Position numbers and translations under genes: made by a program. This document shows, piece after piece, positions 1 through 6,699 of a stretch of 64,000 bases of DNA. Positions within the stretch are counted from its first letter, which is position 1. Each line of letters begins with the position of its first letter. Under the pieces are notes generated by a model that ran no database searches, was not told where the DNA came from, and saw nothing but the letters and a program-made list of their open reading frames with translations. Source of the stretch: an uncultured Ruminococcus sp. (GTDB lineage: Bacteria; Bacillota; Clostridia; UBA1212); assembly GCA_902792515.1 (NCBI GenBank), contig CADAZX010000016.1, positions 19,952 to 83,951 on the forward strand, written 5' to 3'.

Positions 1-1586
1 TCGATGACGCTTTGTTCAAAATCATCATATTCTCTTGGCGTCTTCTCGGGCATATTATCTTCTATCTCCACCTGTTCGGGATTATCGTTTGGCATCACAT
101 CTGTCGGTTCAGCATTATCCAAAGAATACTCATCAGAAGACATTTCAGTTTCGTCATTTGCAAATTGATTGTTCGGGATAGTGGAATCTTGAATATCTTC
201 ATTTAAACTCTCTATGCCGTCTTGTTCATTTACAAGAATTGCTTCAAGTTCAGGGCTGTCTTCCGGAATCCCTGCTGCAATAAGTTCATCCCTAAAGTCG
301 ACACTGTCATCGCCATAATCTATAGGCTCTTCACCCATTTCTTGCAAATAGGCATTGTTAAGATTTTGCCATTCGGGATCCTTTGAGTATTCTGCAAAAT
401 CGGACTGATTATAGTCATGGTTTGTATAGTAATCATATAGGCGATCATATGCCGACGGTTCAGTGCTTTCCGGCATTGATTCTGAAGAGCCATCGTTTTC
501 GACATTCACGTCCCCAGATGTTACCCCTTCTGGCATTTGGTTATCCCATGTGTCTGCAGCTACAGCCTGAGGGGTCTCATCCAAATAATATCCATCATCG
601 ATGTCACCACCCGGAACGCTTTCTTCTCCCACGTCCGCGGACACATCCTGAGGCATCTCGTCCGAATACTCTCCACCGTCAATATCCCCATCCGGGATGC
701 TTTCTTCTCCTGCGTCCACAGATATATCCTGCGGCGTCTCGTCTAAATAGTCCACTCCGTCGGCGTCACTATCCGGAACGCTTTCTTCTCCTGCATCTGC
801 GGATATATCCTGCGGCATCTCGTCTAAACAGTCCACTCCATCGACATCGCTGTCCGAAATGCTTTCATCTCCCGTGTCTGCATCCACATCCTGAGGCGTC
901 TCGCCCGAATACTCTCCACCGTCGAAGTCGCTGTCAGGCGTACTTTCGTCCACTGTATCTGTGGATACATCTGGAGGAGTCGCATCCAAATAGTCTGCAC
1001 CATCAAGGTCATTATCTGCACCACCGGCATCTTCTATATCTTCCGGAATTTCCTGAGGGGCTTCATCTCCATAGTCGTCACTTCCAAAGTCATTATCCGA
1101 ATAACTGTCGTCTCCTACATCTTCTGTGATCTCCTGCGGCATTTCTTCTCCGGTGCCGTCACTGCCGAAATCACTATCCGAATAACTGTCATCTCCTATG
1201 TCTTCGGAAATATCTTGCGGCATTTCTTCTCCGTAGTCGCCACTTTCAAAGTCGCTATCCGAATAACTGTCGTCTCCTACATCTTCAGAGATATCTTGCG
1301 GCATTTCTTCTCCGTAGTCGTCACTGCCGAAATCGCTGTCCGAATAACTGTCATCCCCGATATCCTCTGATATATCATCTGGAACTTCCTCTGATAATCC
1401 GTCGTTAAAAGAATCATCCGCAGAGTATGTATCTCCTGTATCCTCTGGGATATCATCAGTATAATCCGCGTCCGAGAATGAGTCGCCTGAATAATCTTCG
1501 CTTGAATAATCCGTATCAGAAAACGAATCGTCGGCGGGGGCGCTATAATCCGAAGTATCTACACTTGCATCAAATTCATCGCTCAT
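1..1586 (-). CDS. Polyacidic tandem-repeat protein. The N-terminal 528 codons are present and the gene continues past the window edge.
   Basis: Absent from the ORF track because there is no stop inside the window. I translated the minus frame (plus-strand triplets starting at multiples of 3) and it stays open from the ATG at 1586 to position 3. An AGGA Shine-Dalgarno lies just upstream, only 12 nt after the stop of the 1599..4280 gene. The protein starts MSDEFDASVDTSDYS... and contains ten 27-aa D/E/S/Y-rich repeats. Confidence 0.75.
   Translation of the reverse strand, partial: MSDEFDASVDTSDYSAPADDSFSDTDYSSEDYSGDSFSDADYTDDIPEDTGDTYSADDSFNDGLSEEVPDDISEDIGDDSYSDSDFGSDDYGEEMPQDISEDVGDDSYSDSDFESGDYGEEMPQDISEDIGDDSYSDSDFGSDGTGEEMPQEITEDVGDDSYSDNDFGSDDYGDEAPQEIPEDIEDAGGADNDLDGADYLDATPPDVSTDTVDESTPDSDFDGGEYSGETPQDVDADTGDESISDSDVDGVDCLDEMPQDISADAGEESVPDSDADGVDYLDETPQDISVDAGEESIPDGDIDGGEYSDEMPQDVSADVGEESVPGGDIDDGYYLDETPQAVAADTWDNQMPEGVTSGDVNVENDGSSESMPESTEPSAYDRLYDYYTNHDYNQSDFAEYSKDPEWQNLNNAYLQEMGEEPIDYGDDSVDFRDELIAAGIPEDSPELEAILVNEQDGIESLNEDIQDSTIPNNQFANDETEMSSDEYSLDNAEPTDVMPNDNPEQVEIEDNMPEKTPREYDDFEQSVI
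546..1355 (-). repeat. Coding tandem repeat, 81-nt period, about 10 copies, inside the polyacidic gene.
   Basis: Repeat peptides include DDSYSDSDFGSDDYGEEMPQDISEDVG and EESVPDSDADGVDYLDETPQDISVDAG. The periodicity is visible directly in the DNA (recurring gatatatcctgcggc / gaataactgtc blocks). Confidence 0.8.
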
Positions 1587-1598
1587 TTTTAACGTCCT

Positions 1599-4280
1599 TT
1601 ACTTCCCGATAGAATTATTAATTAGCGTTTCAGTCACTCTAATTCTTGTGTTGTATTTTATTCTCCTCCAAAGATGAACTTTTACGCACGTTAAGAGTTC
1701 CTTTGTGAAGGGTTCATCGTTGAGTTCCTCGATTATCAGCTTTGATATATGAGAGAAAACTCCTTCAAGTAACCCAAAATCCGTTGCTCCCGTTTTTATA
1801 TACTTGTTGAAGATTCGACGAGATATTTCTCGCGCAAGAATTCGCCTAGAGTAGTCACACTCTTTTGTACAATACTTGCATAGATTGCACTGAGGATACG
1901 GTCTTAGCAGTTCCTTTTTATCTGCCCAGTATTTACTTAATTGTTTAATTCCTTCATCAGAAAGAGATATGCTAATGTTGTTCTCCAAACGATAATCCGG
2001 AGTTATAACCTCCTCGGGTTCATCTAACTTGTTAAAAAACAGATACGCCTCGCCTGGCTTTAGTTTTGCCATTCTTTGGATCTGAGCATCATTCATGTTC
2101 ATACTGTCTCCGATTATCTGCTTATCTGCCGCCTCTACAAGTCTGAAGACCATTTTCATATCAGTTAGCGCAACAACATCTGTTGTGACTTTTCTTGGAG
2201 ACTGATCCGCAATAATCAAACCAACGCCGTAAGAACGAATCTCTGCCAGCATCCGCTTTACCAATCCTTGTGCGATTGCACTTGGATTAGCCTCTCCTTG
2301 TCCCGAATTAGTGTCTGCATCAAGAAGGACATGTGCTTCTTCAAGCAATATTACGTTCTTTAGGCCGCCTTCGCCGACATAATTGGCATTAACATATGCC
2401 AAAATTGAAAGCAAAAGTAGCGAAATAATTAGCGCCTTTTGATCTGAATTCTCAATTGCTGCTAATTCTATTACAGTTGGCTTTCGCAGAATGTCCTCAA
2501 TTGGAATAGAATGATACGTGTCGAAAAGATTCACGAGGCTGTTAAGTCTTACAATTCCGGCCCTTCCGATATTTCGGGCATCACCAGTGTATCCAATCTC
2601 GTCAAAAGTCTGTTGAAAGCACTTAATAAAATCAGTTATGTTGAATACTTTCCCCTTATCATCAATCGTGTATGTGTCCAGCCACCTGAAATCAGAATAG
2701 CAGTTGTTAATTGTTTCCTCAAAAATCTTGTCGAGAGGAGTAGACATTGAAACTGCTGCCGAAAAAGCCGTCTTGAGCGTCGATTTGTATGTCTCTAATT
2801 TAACATTTTTTGGCGGGACAAACGGATTGAAGACAAACGGAGATATATAGTTTTTCCCAGGGGTAAACACTTGCAAGTCAGGTATGCTTTGAACCAATGC
2901 CCGGTACTCATTCTTTGCGGGTTCTATAACTAAGAATGGAATTTTGTGGATTTTCCAAAGTCTATCTAAGAGGCTGACTGAAAACGTTGTTTTTCCTGAT
3001 CCCGGAGTTCCAACAATAAGCATATGCTTTGCAAGGTCTTTAAGCGAAAAACCTATAGTATCGCCTTTAGACGACGCCCGAAGCTTTCCGACCTGAATAT
3101 CACCAGCGTTAATAATGTTGGAAGTATATGTTTTGGCACCTTTCCCCGATTCGTCGACATTAAGTCCGGCGCCAATTCGCTCACTACCTATAGGCAACCT
3201 AAAAAACTCAGCAGCTTCTTCGGAGGTTATAATGTATGGAAGCCTGTAATAGCTTTCAGAAAACAGCCCTGAATTCCAAATTTGATTGTTTCGATACTTA
3301 TTTAGTATTGTCTCGTTAACCGCCCATGGTAACGGGTAAAAATTCCTGTCCTTGTTGACTTCCTGTCGTGACAAATCAATCAATCTCAGATTTGCTGTGC
3401 CGTCCGGGCCTGTTCCAATCTGCCCGGAGAGAACGCCAGCAATATTAGACACTGCCGACTGATTGCCAAGAACAAGAATATTGAATGTAAACAGAGCTCC
3501 TGCCTTTTTTTGTGAGTAATACTTATAGTTTTGCGCATGCTTATCCGCAAGGGCAAAACTGATATTGCCCACGCCATGATCCATTATGCCTTTGTTTAGC
3601 GTTTCAAGAAGCTGTGTTACCTTGTCTATCTCTGTCGATTCAGCAGGATCCAAAACTGTTGGAATTAACTGCATAGAAATTGCGCAAGCCGGATAATCAA
3701 TTAACACATTAACTACCCTGCTAAAATCATTTTCCGTTATTGGAATTCGATCATAAGCATAGCAATATGGCAACAATTGATTCTGTAAACTCTCGACTTT
3801 TTCCTCTTTAATGACGGCCTTAATGCTCGAATCGTTTATGCCGGCAACTATCGTTGATAAGGCATCGTAGCCTACTTCAGAAAATCCGTATTTTTGAAGT
3901 GTAAGTGTGGATGCAATTAGATCCATTAAAACCTTTAGCGACTCGTTCGCTAAAGCGGCTTTCGCATCTATCACTCTCACAATAATGAAGAGTTTAATCT
4001 CTGCGTGAAACGGCTGATTTTTAACTTCACGAGTAGCCCAGAGAAGTTCAAAAGAGATATCCTTTGAATATCCTGCAGCAGAGCTGATAGTTTTATATGA
4101 CTGATAGACTTCATTCAACAGCGTTATTGTCCCGGTTTTGTACTTCCCGACAATCTCATCCAAAACGCCTTGTCTATCATCAATTATAGATATATGTGGA
4201 ATGGAGGTTATTTGAAAACATCCAAGTGATATAACTTCTCCGTTTGCCAAACTCTCCGTCGTCGTTTTTTTATAATCCAT
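1599..4280 (-). CDS. HerA/FtsK-superfamily (DUF87-like) P-loop ATPase with a ~400-aa unassigned N-terminal region and a C-terminal Cys cluster.
   Basis: Walker A is MLIVGTPGSGKTT, Walker B is NVILLEEAHVLL, and GLIIADQSPRKV follows downstream. The CNLCKYCTKEC motif lies near the C-terminus. ATG at 4280 has an AGAAGGA RBS. Confidence 0.75.
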   Translation of the reverse strand: MDYKKTTTESLANGEVISLGCFQITSIPHISIIDDRQGVLDEIVGKYKTGTITLLNEVYQSYKTISSAAGYSKDISFELLWATREVKNQPFHAEIKLFIIVRVIDAKAALANESLKVLMDLIASTLTLQKYGFSEVGYDALSTIVAGINDSSIKAVIKEEKVESLQNQLLPYCYAYDRIPITENDFSRVVNVLIDYPACAISMQLIPTVLDPAESTEIDKVTQLLETLNKGIMDHGVGNISFALADKHAQNYKYYSQKKAGALFTFNILVLGNQSAVSNIAGVLSGQIGTGPDGTANLRLIDLSRQEVNKDRNFYPLPWAVNETILNKYRNNQIWNSGLFSESYYRLPYIITSEEAAEFFRLPIGSERIGAGLNVDESGKGAKTYTSNIINAGDIQVGKLRASSKGDTIGFSLKDLAKHMLIVGTPGSGKTTFSVSLLDRLWKIHKIPFLVIEPAKNEYRALVQSIPDLQVFTPGKNYISPFVFNPFVPPKNVKLETYKSTLKTAFSAAVSMSTPLDKIFEETINNCYSDFRWLDTYTIDDKGKVFNITDFIKCFQQTFDEIGYTGDARNIGRAGIVRLNSLVNLFDTYHSIPIEDILRKPTVIELAAIENSDQKALIISLLLLSILAYVNANYVGEGGLKNVILLEEAHVLLDADTNSGQGEANPSAIAQGLVKRMLAEIRSYGVGLIIADQSPRKVTTDVVALTDMKMVFRLVEAADKQIIGDSMNMNDAQIQRMAKLKPGEAYLFFNKLDEPEEVITPDYRLENNISISLSDEGIKQLSKYWADKKELLRPYPQCNLCKYCTKECDYSRRILAREISRRIFNKYIKTGATDFGLLEGVFSHISKLIIEELNDEPFTKELLTCVKVHLWRRIKYNTRIRVTETLINNSIGK

Positions 4281-4324
4281 AAATATCCTTCTATTCCTAG
4301 AAAACTGATATTATTCAAAATAAC

Positions 4325-4352
4325 GGTGCAATCCCATAACAGGGACCACACC
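4325..4352 (-). terminator. Intercistronic hairpin that is strand-specific because of G-U pairs, followed by a U-rich tract. Possible attenuator or partial terminator.
   Basis: The minus-strand RNA reads GGUGUGGUCCC-UGUUAU-GGGAUUGCACC, then GUUAUUUUGAAUAAU. Three of the pairs are G-U on the minus transcript and would be C-A mismatches on the plus transcript. Confidence 0.35.
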
Positions 4353-4424
4353 GCTATTTCACTAAGCCCCTCCTAGTCGGGCAATCGCCAAAAAAACATT
4401 ATTGTCAGACAGCAAAACAGCGAA

Positions 4425-5636
4425 TTAATCATTCACATCGCCATAGCTCTTGATATCAAAAGCTGTAGCATCGCCTGTAACTGACTGGTAAATACCGTTT
4501 AAAGCAACTTGTTTTTCGATGAAAGCTCTTGTGGCCATCGTAAACGGTTTTAATATTTCCTCAAGTTTTTCTCTTTCTGCGCTTATCTTAGCATTGTAAT
4601 CCTTATTATTGTTCACCATTTTGATAATCGGGAAAACGATACCCGCAACCGGAAGCAGGGCTAGCAGTTTAAGGGCGCCGTTCAAGCAGAGGCAAATCAG
4701 TATGAGTATCACACTAACAATAATAAGAGCAATCCATAAACCTTTTCCCTTCGGTTTAATGCTGTTAATAACCGCATTTTGTGCGTCAATCTGACTCTTT
4801 CTCATTGGATCTACAAATGTCTGATCATATCTTGAGTATCTGCCTTTATAATCAAGCCAGACGGTCATCAATTTCTCGCCATACTGAACTGTGATGCGGT
4901 AGAGCGTGAGGTATACTCTTTGGACTGTGTCGATACGCACATTTGAACTGATGTGGCCATTCCTCGTATTCTGGTTCCGAATGCTGTTTTCAGCATTTGC
5001 TTTCAAAAGCGCCTCTGCGCGAGGTTTAACATCATTTTCAAACGCCGTTGCCTGAGGATAATTAAATTTGTTCATTTGAACATCGGCAGGAAGTTCAAGA
5101 TCTTCAATGTCTATCAAGTCAGAAACCGTCATAAGATCCGGGAATTGGTCGACCACACCCTTAAGATCTTTGTTGCCGCAAACAAAATATGTTTCACTGC
5201 ATGAAACAGCAGAACTGACCGGACTCCACTCCGTGTATCTCTCTGTGACTATACTGTCGCCTTGAATTTTTTGCCGCTCTCTCTGATAACCGATTTCATA
5301 ACTGTATGTTCCCGTTCCAGATGCCATAAACAAAAACATCGGAACACAAATATGCTCTTCCTTGACTATAGTTGCTCTTTGATAAACATCCAAAGGAGAC
5401 GCTTGCTCACTCGCAATTATGTCTAACACCTTTTTATGTCTTAGACTCATAGATGCATAAAGGTTAACGCCGGAGTTAATATTATCTTTCGCAAGAATCT
5501 CATTATTCTTGACCATATTCTCCAGTTGGTTAACTGTTCCACAGTAACTGCATTCTACTCTGTTTCCTGCAGCCTTATTTAAATTGAGGGCCGCCCCACA
5601 GTTAGAACAAACATACGCTTTGACTTGATTTGCCAT
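4425..5636 (-). CDS. Zinc-ribbon protein with two C-terminal transmembrane helices. First gene of the island operon.
   Basis: Start re-set to the ATG at 5636 (MANQVKAYVCSNCG...), which has an AAGGAAAGGAAG RBS. The ORF-track start at 5663 is a TTG. The zinc ribbon is CX2C-X15-CX2C. Hydrophobic spans are GLWIALIIVSVILILICLCLNG and LKLLALLPVAGIVFPIIKMV. Confidence 0.7.
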   Translation of the reverse strand: MANQVKAYVCSNCGAALNLNKAAGNRVECSYCGTVNQLENMVKNNEILAKDNINSGVNLYASMSLRHKKVLDIIASEQASPLDVYQRATIVKEEHICVPMFLFMASGTGTYSYEIGYQRERQKIQGDSIVTERYTEWSPVSSAVSCSETYFVCGNKDLKGVVDQFPDLMTVSDLIDIEDLELPADVQMNKFNYPQATAFENDVKPRAEALLKANAENSIRNQNTRNGHISSNVRIDTVQRVYLTLYRITVQYGEKLMTVWLDYKGRYSRYDQTFVDPMRKSQIDAQNAVINSIKPKGKGLWIALIIVSVILILICLCLNGALKLLALLPVAGIVFPIIKMVNNNKDYNAKISAEREKLEEILKPFTMATRAFIEKQVALNGIYQSVTGDATAFDIKSYGDVND

Positions 5637-5676
5637 AATAATGCTTCCTTTCCTTTCAAGCAATAATAATCCTCTA

Positions 5677-5700
5677 TGTCAAAAATGAAACTTTTTGACA
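5677..5700. repeat. hix-like recombination site A (TGTCAAAAA-TGAAAC-TTTTTGACA).
   Basis: Perfect 9-bp inverted arms with a 6-bp spacer and a central AA dinucleotide. Confidence 0.6.
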
Positions 5701-5861
5701 CTGAACAATATTTGCGAAGTATTAGAAAACAGTACTATTATTTGCATTACAGTAAGTCAAAAAGATAACACCCGAAAAGAAAAATCAATCCGTACCTTCA
5801 ATAGGGTTTAGTTTTTTTTAGTATTATGCAATTTATTAGGTGATTTTTGACAAGAAATCGC

Positions 5862-5890
5862 TTGACAGACGGCTGAATAACCGATATACT
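5862..5890 (+). promoter_or_regulatory. Consensus sigma-A-type promoter TTGACA-17 nt-TATACT. It faces away from the operon and is antisense to the recombinase gene.
   Basis: -35 at 5862-5867, 17-nt spacer, -10 at 5885-5890. No plus-strand ORF lies downstream. Confidence 0.65.
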
Positions 5891-5906
5891 TAAGCATAAG
5901 TAAAAG

Positions 5907-5930
5907 TGTCAAAAAGTTTGCCTTTTGATA
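5907..5930. repeat. hix-like recombination site D (TGTCAAAAA-GTTTGC-CTTTTGATA).
   Basis: The left arm is identical to site A and the right arm matches 7 of 9 positions. The 6-bp spacer has central TT, which is AA on the other strand. The site ends 3 bp before the recombinase stop codon. Confidence 0.55.
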
Positions 5931-5933
5931 ACT

Positions 5934-6557
<624 letters not shown>

Positions 6558-6586
6558 TCATTATATTAACACAGTCTCGGATCCGG

Positions 6587-6615
6587 TTGACACTCCCTCT
6601 TGATTTTGCTACACT
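6587..6615 (+). promoter_or_regulatory. Promoter TTGACA-17-TACACT for the 6700 gene.
   Basis: -35 at 6587-6592 and -10 at 6610-6615, about 85 nt upstream of the GTG start. Confidence 0.55.
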
Positions 6616-6699
6616 TTAGTCGGCAAAAAACATCACCCTGCCGCCGGCGCGCGGCGAGCGATTTTATAGAGTTTTATACGATTCAGGAGGAGATATACC

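Larger units (their letters stand above)
5677..5930. other. Putative ~230-bp invertible promoter segment (inverton) bounded by sites A and D.
   Basis: Two dyad sites lie in inverted orientation, with central AA versus TT. They bracket a consensus promoter and are adjacent to a serine recombinase gene. Confidence 0.5.

Noticed and set aside
383-1129. Plus-strand 248-aa ORF (His/Pro/Arg-rich, repetitive) from the ORF track.
   Set aside because: It is the antisense shadow of the 81-nt coding repeat. The minus frame is open for the full 1586 nt, has an ATG and RBS 12 nt after the upstream gene, and fits the operon orientation.
5637-5663. ORF-track N-terminal extensions that use TTG or GTG or upstream ATGs. 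Affected ORF ends are 5663, 6548, 16704, 22152, 26896, 30076, 35636, 36330, 42042, 43670, 46133, 51120, 55589, 58722 and 62909.
   Set aside because: In each case an internal ATG (or a TTG at 22248 and 41904) is preceded by a good Shine-Dalgarno and begins a recognisable N-terminus (signal peptide, lipobox or conserved family start). The starts were moved accordingly.
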